A DNA stretch of 64,000 nucleotides from a bacterium (lineage in GTDB: Bacteria > Electryoneota > Electryoneia > Electryoneales > Electryoneaceae), in assembly GCA_963669175.1 (NCBI GenBank), contig OY769902.1, positions 3,744,001 to 3,808,000 on the forward strand, written 5' to 3'. A model generated the notes under the pieces. The model was given only the letters and a program-made list of their open reading frames with translations. It had not been told where the DNA came from and searched no databases. The position numbers and the translations under genes were made by a program. The stretch's first letter is position 1. The number at the start of each line of letters is the position of its first letter. This document shows, one piece after another, positions 34,834-45,739 of this stretch.

Positions 34834-37800
34834 ATGAATCGACGGATACCAGTGTTTTTCTTCATATTGTTACTGCTTGCTACGTCAGCAGTAGCCGATT
34901 CTGAAATTCTCGGCACCTCCCGAGTACAGGAAACGGTAAACGGCATTCTGCAACAACGCATTCAAACCCTTGATCCCAGTGTCCCTGTTCAACCGATTCC
35001 TGACTTCTTCAACAACTTCGAACTGGATGAATACGGCGAAGAGTTGTGGTCTGATTCGGATCCCACCGGCATCATGAACTATATGGATATCAGTGATGAC
35101 GGTTCCATTATTGTGGTGGGGGTTTCTCTGAATAACGATCGTATGATCGTTTACGATGGCGAAACAGGCGATACTCTGTATCAGTTCACCAGTGATAACG
35201 AAGGCTTCGATGTTTGCATCTCAGGTAACGGGAACTATATCGGATGCACCAATTCCCGTTACTTTAACCTGCTCACTTCGGAATCCAACACTCCTGTCTG
35301 GACCTACGATGCAGGCGATGGCTATCGTTCCTATACAGCCGATATCAACTATGACGGCAGCCTGGTTGTTGTAGCCGGTTTGTCGCCTACAGGCGAAGAT
35401 TACTGGGTATCGGCGTTCAACAGCGAAAGCAACACACCGCTCTGGACCCAGACTTTTGATCCGTCCCTCACATCAGGCTGGTATGGCGTAACCATCTCCG
35501 GCGACGGTAGTATCGTTGCGGTGAACGGGAAGTACCATGCTTACCTGCTGGATACGGACGATGGTTCTGTCTTGTGGGATTTCGACACCAACAACACCGA
35601 ATCGCCTGTCCGGCTTTCGGATGATGGCAGTGTTGTGACAACCGGTTCACTCAGTGGCGGCCGGTTCCGTGTATTCAACTATGATCCCGGCCAGGAAACC
35701 TGGGTACTGCTTTGGGATTATGTTTTCACGGGCGGTACATCAAACTGGGTCAGCGCCACAGCCGTTTCAGCTGATGGCTCGACAGTCGCGGCGGGAAGCC
35801 TGACTTTCATGACCGGTGGCTATGGTGGACAGGTTGTTGTCTTTGACACCTATTCCGGCCCCACTCCACTGTGGACTCCGGTTGATATAGGCGACATGGT
35901 CGAAGGTCTCGCCATCAGCGAAGATGGCTATACCATCGCAGCCGCTTCCTGGGGGGATCTCAACAACGCTGAAAATGACGTTTGCGTGTTTGAGAAATAC
36001 AGCGGGGAAGCCTTCTTCGGGATGAATCATCCCGGTTCGGCCAATGGGCTTGCCATGACTCCCGATGGAACCCGCCTCATTACTGGCGGCAAAGCCGTTC
36101 ATAACCGGCAGATGGGCAACGGGGGCACATGCTACGCTATCCTCGCTGACCTGGAAGGTGGAACGATTAACGGAACCGTGACACTTTCTGGCGAAGTGGA
36201 TCATTCCGGTGTCATTGTTGAAACCGCGGATGGGCACCGTTCGACTCTGACAGATGAAGATGGAATGTTTACCCTGCACAATGTTCCGGCAGGCACGACT
36301 GAAGTCGTAGCCCGTAAACTGGGCTGGACAACCGCAACACAAACCATTGTAGTCAGCGATGGTCAGGTTGTAAACGGTGTGACATTCCAGTTATCCGGGG
36401 TTGATGATGCGCCGGAGAACCTGTCGGCAACCCAGGGCGACCTTACCAGCATCACCCTGACCTGGGATGCTGTAACTCTCATGGCGCAATGGCGTTCCGA
36501 ACAGGACAGGCTTTATGCAACTGGTGATGTAGAATTCATGGACATGAATCCTCTGACTTCACGCAGTATGCTGAATCCCGTACATGAGAACACGCCCCCC
36601 GAACTGGACGAGCTGGACGAAGCTGACTCCATCCGTGTCTGGCGCAGCGCTGTATCCGGCGGCCCCTATGTTCCGGTTACAACCATAGATGGTGATCTGA
36701 CTACGTATACCGATGAAACGGACCTCTTCCCCACACGTACCTACTACTACGTGGTCACAGCGGTTTTCGAAAACGGGGAGAGTGAATATTCAAATGAAGC
36801 GACCGGTTTTCTTGACGACAGCTATCTCATTTACAACGCCACCATCCCGGAAATGACTGCCGAGGTTACTTTTGATGGTGTCATCAGCAACGGTGAATGG
36901 GATGATGCGTTTCGTGTGGATATCTCGGATGTATTCGGCTACGATATTCCCAATGCACCGGAAACAGCCTACCTGATGATGAAATACGATGAAGAGAATG
37001 ATCTTCTTGTTATTGCCACAGAAGACTACTCGGCAAGCGAACTGGTGAATGGAGTCGGAGTAGGGTTCTATGTGGATGATGATGGCAATGGCGCATGGAC
37101 ACGAACCCGATCAGGTTCAGAGGGTAACTATTGGGCCTATTACTATACCACCGGCCCTTCACTTCGCTATCGTTCTTTGTCCGGTGCGCCATACAATTCA
37201 AGTCCATATTACACGTTTGAAGATCCGGACATCGGCTTCTCTGATGCTTCCGGGCATGTAACCTGCGAGTTTGCCATTCCCATGGGCTTCCGTGGAGAAT
37301 ACGAATTGGCGCTTTATGGTCCGGACCGGACTCCGGGAATTGGCGTATTCACCCTGAATGTGGAAGCAAATACTACCTTATTTACAGGTTGGTGGCCACA
37401 GAATATCGCGTCTATCGTTTCCAATCCTGAACAGTTTGCACCTTGCGTCATTGAAGCGGACTTGCTGGTGCCGCCCGCTGCACCAGCCGAAGTAGAGGTC
37501 AGCAGGATAAACGAGGGCGAGGCCGGAGTTGAGATCACATGGACCGATCCCATATACGGAATTGACGACCTCCCGCTTGATAACCTTGCAGGGATCGAAA
37601 TCTACCGCAACAATGAACACATGGCGACAGTGGACCCCGAGGTTCAATCTTATCAGGATCTGACCGGAAAATACGGCGGTTGGTTTGAGTACAGCGTTGC
37701 CGGATATGTTCTGGATGAAGAAAATGACCCATTTGAAGGCCCGACCTCGGCGGCAGTCGGAGCTTATAATGGTGAAGACCCGACAATTGAGGAGCTGGTT

Positions 37801-38589
37801 TACGACGATGGTTCTTACGAAACGTTTTATATCGTTGGCGGAACCGACCTGGACAACCAGTTTACTATACTCTATGACAGGCCAGCAGACGTGATAGATG
37901 AATACCTGGACCAGCAGGAATTGTATACGGTAACCCTGATGGTAAACAGCTCAAACCCGATTGGGATAGGGTTTGAAAACAACTATTTTGGTTACCCTAC
38001 TGAACTTGAGGCCGGTCCTTACTGGGTCACTCCGCCTGTGGCTCTTGAATGGTTCACGTTCCACTTCGCCGGTTCTGACAGGCCGATACTTGAATCCGAA
38101 CAGTTCTGGATCAGGCTGGAATGGGATTCCGATTCTCCAAGTTCCCCCGGAATCGCGACAGATACCAACGGTGAGATATACAACCGCTGCTATTGGTACA
38201 ACACAGACAATGGCTGGGTTGCTTTCACCGGCGGGAACTATATGGTGCGAGCTGGAGCCGGATGGTCAATTTTCCTTGAAGATGGAATCGAGGAAGAAAG
38301 CGCGGTAGTACATGAGTTCAACCTTGGCGCAAACTATCCCAATCCATTCAATCCGGAAACAGTAATTCCTTTCGAACTGGCAAACGCAGGTGATGCCAGG
38401 CTTGAAGTATTCAACACATTAGGCCAGAAAGTGGCGACACTGGTCCAAGGCGCCCAGCGAGCCGGACATCATGTTGCAATCTGGAAGGGGCACGATGATT
38501 TTGGTACGCAAGTCGCCAGCGGGATGTACCTTGTTCGCCTCTCATCCGGCAGTAAAACGGCAACAGAACGTATCCTGTTATTGAGGTAG
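34834..38589 (+). CDS. secreted beta-propeller / carboxypeptidase-regulatory-like / FN3 / CBM9-like protein with T9SS-type C-terminal domain
   Basis: IS.DG repeats, FN3 (TYYYVVTA), FDGVISNGEWDDA, NYPNPFNP tail. Confidence 0.88.
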   Translation: MNRRIPVFFFILLLLATSAVADSEILGTSRVQETVNGILQQRIQTLDPSVPVQPIPDFFNNFELDEYGEELWSDSDPTGIMNYMDISDDGSIIVVGVSLNNDRMIVYDGETGDTLYQFTSDNEGFDVCISGNGNYIGCTNSRYFNLLTSESNTPVWTYDAGDGYRSYTADINYDGSLVVVAGLSPTGEDYWVSAFNSESNTPLWTQTFDPSLTSGWYGVTISGDGSIVAVNGKYHAYLLDTDDGSVLWDFDTNNTESPVRLSDDGSVVTTGSLSGGRFRVFNYDPGQETWVLLWDYVFTGGTSNWVSATAVSADGSTVAAGSLTFMTGGYGGQVVVFDTYSGPTPLWTPVDIGDMVEGLAISEDGYTIAAASWGDLNNAENDVCVFEKYSGEAFFGMNHPGSANGLAMTPDGTRLITGGKAVHNRQMGNGGTCYAILADLEGGTINGTVTLSGEVDHSGVIVETADGHRSTLTDEDGMFTLHNVPAGTTEVVARKLGWTTATQTIVVSDGQVVNGVTFQLSGVDDAPENLSATQGDLTSITLTWDAVTLMAQWRSEQDRLYATGDVEFMDMNPLTSRSMLNPVHENTPPELDELDEADSIRVWRSAVSGGPYVPVTTIDGDLTTYTDETDLFPTRTYYYVVTAVFENGESEYSNEATGFLDDSYLIYNATIPEMTAEVTFDGVISNGEWDDAFRVDISDVFGYDIPNAPETAYLMMKYDEENDLLVIATEDYSASELVNGVGVGFYVDDDGNGAWTRTRSGSEGNYWAYYYTTGPSLRYRSLSGAPYNSSPYYTFEDPDIGFSDASGHVTCEFAIPMGFRGEYELALYGPDRTPGIGVFTLNVEANTTLFTGWWPQNIASIVSNPEQFAPCVIEADLLVPPAAPAEVEVSRINEGEAGVEITWTDPIYGIDDLPLDNLAGIEIYRNNEHMATVDPEVQSYQDLTGKYGGWFEYSVAGYVLDEENDPFEGPTSAAVGAYNGEDPTIEELVYDDGSYETFYIVGGTDLDNQFTILYDRPADVIDEYLDQQELYTVTLMVNSSNPIGIGFENNYFGYPTELEAGPYWVTPPVALEWFTFHFAGSDRPILESEQFWIRLEWDSDSPSSPGIATDTNGEIYNRCYWYNTDNGWVAFTGGNYMVRAGAGWSIFLEDGIEEESAVVHEFNLGANYPNPFNPETVIPFELANAGDARLEVFNTLGQKVATLVQGAQRAGHHVAIWKGHDDFGTQVASGMYLVRLSSGSKTATERILLLR

Positions 38590-38668
38590 AGCAACTTGCC
38601 TCATTAGAGGCTAACAACCTATATTGGGGCTTGGAGCGGTTGGTACTTGCATGAAGGAAGAGGCCGAG

Positions 38669-39544
38669 ATGAACAGAGCACGTTGGTCACTGCTGAGTTT
38701 GTTGGTAATCGTTGCTGCTGCTGCACTTTTCAGCGCAGGCTGCAATGAGCCAAACGAGTTCAACGCTGATGAGCTGTGGAAGTTGGAAGACTTCGCACAG
38801 AACTTTAATTACGCTGACAAAACCATCCAGATGATGAACACCTGGCGTACGGACATGGATTATGCCAAGAGCACGCTCGGCGCTGCCAATGGTGCGATTC
38901 CGTTTGATCAGGTTCTCCCCATCGGGTGGTCCGAGAACAGCGATCTGGCAGGTTGGTACCAGAGGAATTCCGCGGAAGCATATACGGAATACATTCGTTT
39001 CGACGAGAACCTCACTCCTCCGACTGACCTGTATCCGGTGAAAGTTGAGTACTACCGGTTTTCAGAATACACGCAGGAGTATTCGACGGGGACACTCGAC
39101 TATTCAACTGGCGATTCTGTCTCCCTGGCATACACCTACGACGGTGCAAATGTCAGCGCCCTTGAAGGTACCGCCTATTTCATGGATGTTGATGTCCTGT
39201 ACCAGACCAGCGGGACCAGTAGCGTAACCGGCGCTGGTATGTTCAATGCCTGGCAGGCCACTCTAAGCAACCTGTCTGCACAGGTTGGCAACCCGGCTGG
39301 TACGTATTCCATTGCGTACAACAGTTCTACCCAGCGTTCCGTAACCCGCATTGACATTATTTCTGATGCCGTGATTCTCCCGGTCAGAATTGATATCACC
39401 ATGCGTGCCAATTCTACCGGTGAAGCCAGCATTTACGTCAAGGGTGAACATCGCGCTGACATCAACTTCAGTGGTTACGACACAGAATATCACGGAACCG
39501 CCACATGGCGCGAAGGACACAGCACGGTTACCTATACCTTCTAA
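38669..39544 (+). CDS. hypothetical lipoprotein
   Basis: Lipobox FSAGC after a hydrophobic stretch. Confidence 0.8.
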   Translation: MNRARWSLLSLLVIVAAAALFSAGCNEPNEFNADELWKLEDFAQNFNYADKTIQMMNTWRTDMDYAKSTLGAANGAIPFDQVLPIGWSENSDLAGWYQRNSAEAYTEYIRFDENLTPPTDLYPVKVEYYRFSEYTQEYSTGTLDYSTGDSVSLAYTYDGANVSALEGTAYFMDVDVLYQTSGTSSVTGAGMFNAWQATLSNLSAQVGNPAGTYSIAYNSSTQRSVTRIDIISDAVILPVRIDITMRANSTGEASIYVKGEHRADINFSGYDTEYHGTATWREGHSTVTYTF

Positions 39545-39564
39545 ACACTTCTTGGAACGATATT

Positions 39565-39594
39565 ACCGGGACTGATATTCAGTCCCGGTTTTTT
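39565..39594 (+). terminator. intrinsic terminator
   Basis: ACCGGGACTGA-TAT-TCAGTCCCGGT followed by a T run. Confidence 0.85.
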
Positions 39595-40041
39595 ATTCTA
39601 CAACGTACCATATAGATTCAAGTTAGAAACATCAGAGCAATATTTATTGTTAGACTCTGCTAACCAAAATCAGGGGTTCCCGGAGTACCAAGTTTTGATT
39701 CTGTAGGTATTTGTTCTTAACTTACCGTTCACAAAGTGGGGCGAAAACTGCGAAGGCAGGCCCGTGATACTAAGCCATACAAACGAAGTGCTAAGACTTT
39801 CAAGCCGTTGACAAGGGATTCAATTCCTGCCCTGTTTCAACGGGCTTTTTTCGTTTTAGGGAGAACAAACTTACCGTTTTCACTTCGTTTGCATGGCCTT
39901 TTAAGTATTGAAATGCGGCATTTGTGATCCTGTTTTGTAGTATAGTCCGGAAATCCCTGATACCAGGTATCAGGATATGGGTAATGTTGTGGCCCAAAAG
40001 AGTAATTCTGTCACATACATCCCGAAGCAATGGGGAGTTGC

Positions 40042-40320
40042 ATGAGTGATCAGTATCCCCTGAAGGGGACAAGCAAGCGAAAAGGCATCACCATTGAGAT
40101 TGATGAGGTGATGTGCAAGGGATGCAATGTTTGCGTAGAAGTGTGTCCCGTTGACGCATTGGATATGGAAGGCATCGGCTCACGCTGGCAGGGATACCTT
40201 GCTGTCATCAAGGATATCGAAGCCTGCACCGGTTGCCTCCTGTGTGAACTGCAATGCCCGGATTTTGCGATTTCGGTCACAGTTCCGGACAAAAAGAAAA
40301 AAGCCGCGGCGGCAAAATAG
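40042..40320 (+). CDS. korD: 2x[4Fe-4S] ferredoxin, delta subunit of 2-oxoacid oxidoreductase
   Basis: Two CxxCxxCxxxCP motifs; operon context. Confidence 0.88.
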   Translation: MSDQYPLKGTSKRKGITIEIDEVMCKGCNVCVEVCPVDALDMEGIGSRWQGYLAVIKDIEACTGCLLCELQCPDFAISVTVPDKKKKAAAAK

Positions 40321-40329
40321 GGAGGTTAT

Positions 40330-41481
40330 GTGTATACCCACGACAAAGACGCAGACGTAAAGTTCTGGGCCGGGAACATCGTGGTGGCCGAGGCGGCTGT
40401 AGCAGCAGGATGTAACTTCTTCGGTGGTTACCCTATTACACCATCGTCAGAAGTTGCAGCTCATATGGCATACCTGCTGCCAAAGCACGGCGGTCACTTT
40501 ATCCAGATGGAAGATGAAATTGGTGCGATGGGATCTGTCATCGGCGCGTCGCTTGCCGGCGCCAAGGCAATGACAGCGACATCCGGTCCCGGTTTCAGCC
40601 TGAAACTCGAGAACATGGGTTTCGGGTATATGGTCGAAGCTCCATGCGTGATTGTCAATGTCATGCGTGGCGGCCCTTCCACGGGTTTGCCAACCCACCC
40701 TGCTCAAGCTGATGTGATGCAGGCGCGATGGGGAACCCATGGCGATCACTCCACCATCGCGATTGCACCTGCCTTTCACCAGGAAACGTACATGGAAACC
40801 ATCCGTGCGTTTAACCTGGCTGAACGGTTGCGTATGCCGGTGATCCTGCTGTTGGATGAAGTCCTCGGACACCTCAGTGAAGGTGTAGTGCCACCCAAGC
40901 CAGGCTCATTTGAGATCTGGGATCGTCCCAGGCCAAACCTGAAGAAGGGTGAAACGTATTATCCCTACGACACCACCAATGGTGACATTCCACCCTTCAT
41001 CCCCTATTTCGAGGGGCACAACTGGCACACGACCGGTTTGAATCATGATAAAACCGGATTCCCGACCACCGATCCAGCCACCGTTGATGCAGATGAGAGA
41101 CGGATGATCCGTAAGGTTCTGGATAACCGTGACATCATTGACAAGGTTGAATGGTTCATGGCGGATGATGCTGAGATAGGTGTTTTCAGTTTCGGCAGCA
41201 CCGCACGTGCGGCCATGGTTGCAGTAAAGCAAGCCCGTGAAAAAGGCATCAAAGCCGGTCTGATGCGACCGGTCACCATCTGGCCGTTCCCGAAAGACCA
41301 GGTTTACAAGTTTGCCAAGCAGGTCAAATCCATGGTTGTCGCAGAATTCAACCTTGGACAATTGGTCTACGAGGTCGAGCGTTCCGCGAAGTATGAATTG
41401 CCGGTAAAGCGTGTATTGAAGACCGGCGGCGTTCCGATCACACCGGCAGAAATCCTTCAAGGCATTGAGGAGGTGGCCTGA
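40330..41481 (+). CDS. korA: 2-oxoacid:ferredoxin oxidoreductase alpha subunit
   Basis: GYPITP, QMEDEI, TATSGPG and RGGPSTG motifs. Confidence 0.93.
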   Translation: MYTHDKDADVKFWAGNIVVAEAAVAAGCNFFGGYPITPSSEVAAHMAYLLPKHGGHFIQMEDEIGAMGSVIGASLAGAKAMTATSGPGFSLKLENMGFGYMVEAPCVIVNVMRGGPSTGLPTHPAQADVMQARWGTHGDHSTIAIAPAFHQETYMETIRAFNLAERLRMPVILLLDEVLGHLSEGVVPPKPGSFEIWDRPRPNLKKGETYYPYDTTNGDIPPFIPYFEGHNWHTTGLNHDKTGFPTTDPATVDADERRMIRKVLDNRDIIDKVEWFMADDAEIGVFSFGSTARAAMVAVKQAREKGIKAGLMRPVTIWPFPKDQVYKFAKQVKSMVVAEFNLGQLVYEVERSAKYELPVKRVLKTGGVPITPAEILQGIEEVA

Positions 41482-42302
41482 TGGCATTCGATTACTTTAA
41501 ATACTTGCGTAAAGAGAAGCTCCCGCACATGTGGTGCCCCGGATGCGGAATCGGAATCGTGTTGAAAGCGATGATCCGTGCATTTGATGACTTGCAGTGG
41601 GAGCCGGCCGATATCGCAGTCGTGTCAGGTATTGGATGTACCAGCCGCTCGCCGGGGTACCTCAACGCCAATACGCTTCACACTACACATGGTCGCGCTG
41701 CATCGTTTGCCACGGGCATCAAGATGCACCGCCCCGACAAGCATGTTGTCGTGATTTCCGGTGACGGCGATGCGTCGGCCATTGGCGGCAACCACTTGAT
41801 CCATGCCGCCAGGCGGAATATTGACCTGACCTACATCGTAAACAACAACAATATTTACGGTATGACTGGCGGTCAGTATTCCCCCACCACTCCCCTCGGC
41901 GCTAAAGCAGCGACAGCGCCTTACGGGAACCTGGAACCATCCTTCAACCTGGCAAGCCTTCTGATCGGTGCAGGTGCGACGTATGTGGCACGCGCTCATG
42001 TTGGCAACGGTCGCCAGATGTCCAAGCTGTTCCGTGATGGTTTCAACCATAAAGGCTTCTCTTTCATCGAGGTCGTCAGCAACTGCCACACCCAGTTCGG
42101 ACGTCGCAACCGGATGGCAGATCCCATGAACATGATCAAGTGGATCGGCGACCGTGCTACTCCACTAAAGAAGTGGGAATCGATGAACGAGGACGACAAG
42201 GCGATGAATTTCCCTGTCGGCGTGTTGCACCATGACAAGAATCAGCCGGAGTACACCGACACCTATGACGCCTTGATCGCCAAGCTCAAGCAAAGCGCAT
42301 AA
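41481..42302 (+). CDS. korB: 2-oxoacid:ferredoxin oxidoreductase beta subunit
   Basis: WCPGCG, GDGD and YGMTGGQ.SPT motifs. Confidence 0.93.
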   Translation: MAFDYFKYLRKEKLPHMWCPGCGIGIVLKAMIRAFDDLQWEPADIAVVSGIGCTSRSPGYLNANTLHTTHGRAASFATGIKMHRPDKHVVVISGDGDASAIGGNHLIHAARRNIDLTYIVNNNNIYGMTGGQYSPTTPLGAKAATAPYGNLEPSFNLASLLIGAGATYVARAHVGNGRQMSKLFRDGFNHKGFSFIEVVSNCHTQFGRRNRMADPMNMIKWIGDRATPLKKWESMNEDDKAMNFPVGVLHHDKNQPEYTDTYDALIAKLKQSA

Positions 42303-42317
42303 GGGGGAGTTAAGGAT

Positions 42318-42881
42318 ATGCATTACGAAACCCGCTTTTCCGCCGTGGGAGGCCAGGGAATCATCCTGGCGGGAACGATCATCGCGGATGCATCACACCT
42401 GCAAGGGCTTTATGCGGCCGGATCTCCGACCTACACTGCACAAGTGCGTGGTGGGCCTACAAAGGTAGACGTCGTCCTGGATAACGAGCCGATTCTATTT
42501 CCACGCGCTGCGAACATCAATTTCTTCCTGTCACTCGCGACAAGAAGCTACAACATGTTTGCCAAGGATCTGGAACCGGATGTGACAATCGTGATTGATC
42601 CGAACCTGACCACTGTCCCGGATGAACATCGCAAAAAGTATACTATCTATGATGTGCCGATCATTCAGCTTACCGCTGACAAGATGGGACGCATGGTGTA
42701 TACTTCTGCTGTGGCGCTGGGAACCTGGGTCGCTCTGGCGAACGTGATCGATGAAGAATTGATCCGTGCAGCGTTGAAACGTCGCGCGCCAAAAGGCACC
42801 GAGACGTATAACATGAAAGCGCTGTCTATCGGGATCGATTACATCAAAGAATTGCAGGATGCCGGAAAGGTGAAAGCCTGA
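42318..42881 (+). CDS. korC: 2-oxoacid:ferredoxin oxidoreductase gamma subunit
   Basis: GGQG and RGG motifs; operon context. Confidence 0.88.
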   Translation: MHYETRFSAVGGQGIILAGTIIADASHLQGLYAAGSPTYTAQVRGGPTKVDVVLDNEPILFPRAANINFFLSLATRSYNMFAKDLEPDVTIVIDPNLTTVPDEHRKKYTIYDVPIIQLTADKMGRMVYTSAVALGTWVALANVIDEELIRAALKRRAPKGTETYNMKALSIGIDYIKELQDAGKVKA

Positions 42882-42908
42882 CCAGATTGATTTTCGACGA
42901 GATTTCCT

Positions 42909-42942
42909 GGAGCTGGCTCAAAAGATGGGTCAGCTCCTTTTT
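42909..42942 (+). terminator. intrinsic terminator
   Basis: GGAGCTGGCTC...GGGTCAGCTCC followed by a T run. Confidence 0.75.
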
Positions 42943-43009
42943 CTTATTGACAGTCATGGCGCTTCTGTCAGGATATCACAATGTCAAACGTATTATCAAA
43001 GCCGAGTTC

Positions 43010-44098
43010 TTATTCTTCAGCATTCACTTCCATTGCATCATCATTGGTAGTATTCAAACTATCCACAAAAGCGCAGATCGCATGCCCGATAACTCGATAC
43101 GCTTGCGTGTTCCAGTGTGGATCGCCTTCAACATAGAATGAGGTTCCGTGTAACTCGTATTCCTTCTTGAAAACCTGCGACACATTGAGGAAATCGCAAT
43201 TATAACGCTCGCATGCATCCTTGAGAATTCTGTTCTCCAGTTCCAATTTCTCGGGATAATTATCACTATATGGCGTCCCTCCCGCCATGATTATAGTAGC
43301 GTCAGGATTCTCTTCACGCAGGGTTCTGACAAGGTAATCGCCTATCTTTTCCCTTAACTCGATATCCGATTGATTAATCGTTCCCGGATTAATGAAAGCA
43401 GCGTTTTCTTCTGCCTCTTTCTTTTCATTCGGATTGTTCAGAATGTTCAGACGGAATCGAGCATTCAGGTATAAATACCGCAGCATTGCAGAGTATTTGA
43501 CTGTTCTCTTCAATCTAGAATAGACAAAATCGCCGACAGTGCCTTCAACGACCTCACCATCATTGATACTGAATCTTTTGCGAAATGGGACTTTCTTGGT
43601 GCTCAGTTTCAAATGCCATGGCGCAGAGAAGAAAATAAAGATATCAGGCTCATACTTATCCCGGGCAAAACGTGAAACGGCAAGGTGTTCCGACGGGACA
43701 GAATTGGAAAAGGCAAAGTTGTACACTTCATACTGATCGCCAATGCACTCTTCCACAAAATAAGCAATCTGTTCATCGATATTGGAATAAAAGCCTTCTA
43801 TGAAGGAAGATCCAAAATAAGCGATGACCGGCTTCTCGCGTTGATCAGGTGTTTTATAGTCATGATGACTCAAGAAACCTTCGTTGTTGATTTCCCAGTA
43901 ATATCTTTCATGTGGAAGTCTGCCTGTGGTAAAATAGCCACTTACAATTTCAGACGTATCATAATGCAGGAAACCATAGTCCTTGTTCTGTTCTGTAATT
44001 GGAACCTCTGTTCCGGGTACCACAAAACGGAAGAACAACTCCCCTACGATGGCAAATCCAACCCAGAACAATACCGATCTGGCGATGAAAGTTTTCAT
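43010..44098 (-). CDS. SGNH-like protein, probable O-acyltransfer partner
   Basis: FGSSF and D.HWN motifs, N-terminal TM, downstream of the MBOAT gene. Confidence 0.75.
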   Translation of the reverse strand: MKTFIARSVLFWVGFAIVGELFFRFVVPGTEVPITEQNKDYGFLHYDTSEIVSGYFTTGRLPHERYYWEINNEGFLSHHDYKTPDQREKPVIAYFGSSFIEGFYSNIDEQIAYFVEECIGDQYEVYNFAFSNSVPSEHLAVSRFARDKYEPDIFIFFSAPWHLKLSTKKVPFRKRFSINDGEVVEGTVGDFVYSRLKRTVKYSAMLRYLYLNARFRLNILNNPNEKKEAEENAAFINPGTINQSDIELREKIGDYLVRTLREENPDATIIMAGGTPYSDNYPEKLELENRILKDACERYNCDFLNVSQVFKKEYELHGTSFYVEGDPHWNTQAYRVIGHAICAFVDSLNTTNDDAMEVNAEE

Positions 44099-44107
44099 GG
44101 CATCCTC

Positions 44108-45541
44108 CTAGAATTGGAAATAGATGAATTGTTGCGACCCGAAATTACCGAACAGAAGGATGACCAGGATAATGCCGTAATAAATCCCCCATCGTAAAAA
44201 TACTGGTAGTTCCTCTATCTGTAATCCATGTTGTTTTTTCCGTTGGAACCATTCCGCGACCAGCAACAATACGCTGAAAAGGATATTTTGGTAATAGGGG
44301 GAATAATCAAGCCCCTGATAGGGAACCTGGAACATATGCCCGATATAGTTGAAGGCATGGGTTAGCGAGCTAGCCCTGAAGAATACCCACGCCAGCAAGG
44401 CCAGATGGAATGTCAGAATCAGGCTGAAGAAGTCACTGAGAGAGGGAAAAAAGCTGTTCTCCGCAATAGTCTTCGAGAATCGTTTCTGCTTGTCACGCAA
44501 CATGATCGGTATGTAATACAGGCCGTTCACCAATCCCCAGATCACAAAAGTCCAATTGGCGCCATGCCATAAACCGCTAACCGTGAAGGTGACAATGATA
44601 TTAAACGTCCTGCGCCAGCGTCCGACATAGCTGCCACCGAGCGGGATGTAGACATAGTCACGGAACCAGCTCGACAACGAGATGTGCCATCTTCGCCAAA
44701 ATTCAGCAATATCACGTGAGAAATAGGGATAGGCGAAGTTGCGCATCAGGGAGAAACCGAACAGTCTGGCGGTACCGATAGCAATATCCGAATACCCTGA
44801 GAAGTCGCAGTAAATCTGCAGCGCAAAGAAAAACACACCTATGTAGAGAGTTATACCATCAAGAGTTTGATAGTTGGTAAAAATTACATCAATATGAGAA
44901 GCCAGGTTATCCGCAATGACAATCTTCTTCAGATATCCCCAGAGCATCTGGCGCAGACCATCACGAGCTTTATCAATCTCAAATTTGCGTTTTACCAGAA
45001 ACTGCGGCAGCAGTGCAGAAGCACGTTCGATCGGTCCAGCGACAAGCTGGGGGAAAAAGCTGACAAAAGCGAAAAAGGCAACCACATCCTTTGTTGGCTC
45101 TATCTTCTTACGGTAGATGTCAATGGTGTAGCTGAGGGTCTGGAATGTATAAAAGCTGATACCTACGGGAAGAATAATATGTAATGCCGGTATGTTGGGA
45201 TTCATGCCGAGCATACGGATTACATCCGCAAAAGAATCAATGAAAAAGTTGAAATACTTGAAGAAACCAAGGATTCCAAGATTTGTAATCAAGCTTATGA
45301 TTAGTAGAATTTTACGTGAGTTTTGTTTTTCGGTTTGCGATAAACGTAAACCAACAACATAGTCAACAACTGAACTGAAGAAGATCAGGCCAAGAAATCG
45401 CCAATCCCACCAGCCATAGAAGATGTAACTGGCAACCAGCAGGAAAGCGTTCTGCAAACGGAGATTCCGGTTCACCAGGAACCAGTAAATCCCGAATGAC
45501 AGAATCAGGAAAATTGGAAATATCAGCGAGTTGAATAACAT
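44108..45541 (-). CDS. MBOAT O-acyltransferase (AlgI/DltB/PatA-like)
   Basis: LPVGISFYTFQ, FPQLVAGPI, FWRRWHISLS and SGLWHGA motifs. Confidence 0.95.
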   Translation of the reverse strand: MLFNSLIFPIFLILSFGIYWFLVNRNLRLQNAFLLVASYIFYGWWDWRFLGLIFFSSVVDYVVGLRLSQTEKQNSRKILLIISLITNLGILGFFKYFNFFIDSFADVIRMLGMNPNIPALHIILPVGISFYTFQTLSYTIDIYRKKIEPTKDVVAFFAFVSFFPQLVAGPIERASALLPQFLVKRKFEIDKARDGLRQMLWGYLKKIVIADNLASHIDVIFTNYQTLDGITLYIGVFFFALQIYCDFSGYSDIAIGTARLFGFSLMRNFAYPYFSRDIAEFWRRWHISLSSWFRDYVYIPLGGSYVGRWRRTFNIIVTFTVSGLWHGANWTFVIWGLVNGLYYIPIMLRDKQKRFSKTIAENSFFPSLSDFFSLILTFHLALLAWVFFRASSLTHAFNYIGHMFQVPYQGLDYSPYYQNILFSVLLLVAEWFQRKKQHGLQIEELPVFLRWGIYYGIILVILLFGNFGSQQFIYFQF

Positions 45542-45739
45542 GCTTTATCCTTATGACAGGATCAAAAACATCAAAGACCTACCGCTGTTCAGGAATAACG
45601 TAGCGTTTGAAAAACATCCGAGAGTATACACAATAATACCCGAAAATGATAATGTTACACGGGATTCTACAACATGAACCGGAGCAGGAAAGTGACAGGG
45701 CTTACATGAATACCGGTGAGATGCGTAAAAACCATCAAA

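Noticed and set aside
39660-39800. c-di-GMP-like riboswitch upstream of the kor operon
   Set aside because: Only a short CTGC-GAAG-GCAG hairpin is present; the conserved core motifs are not matched.
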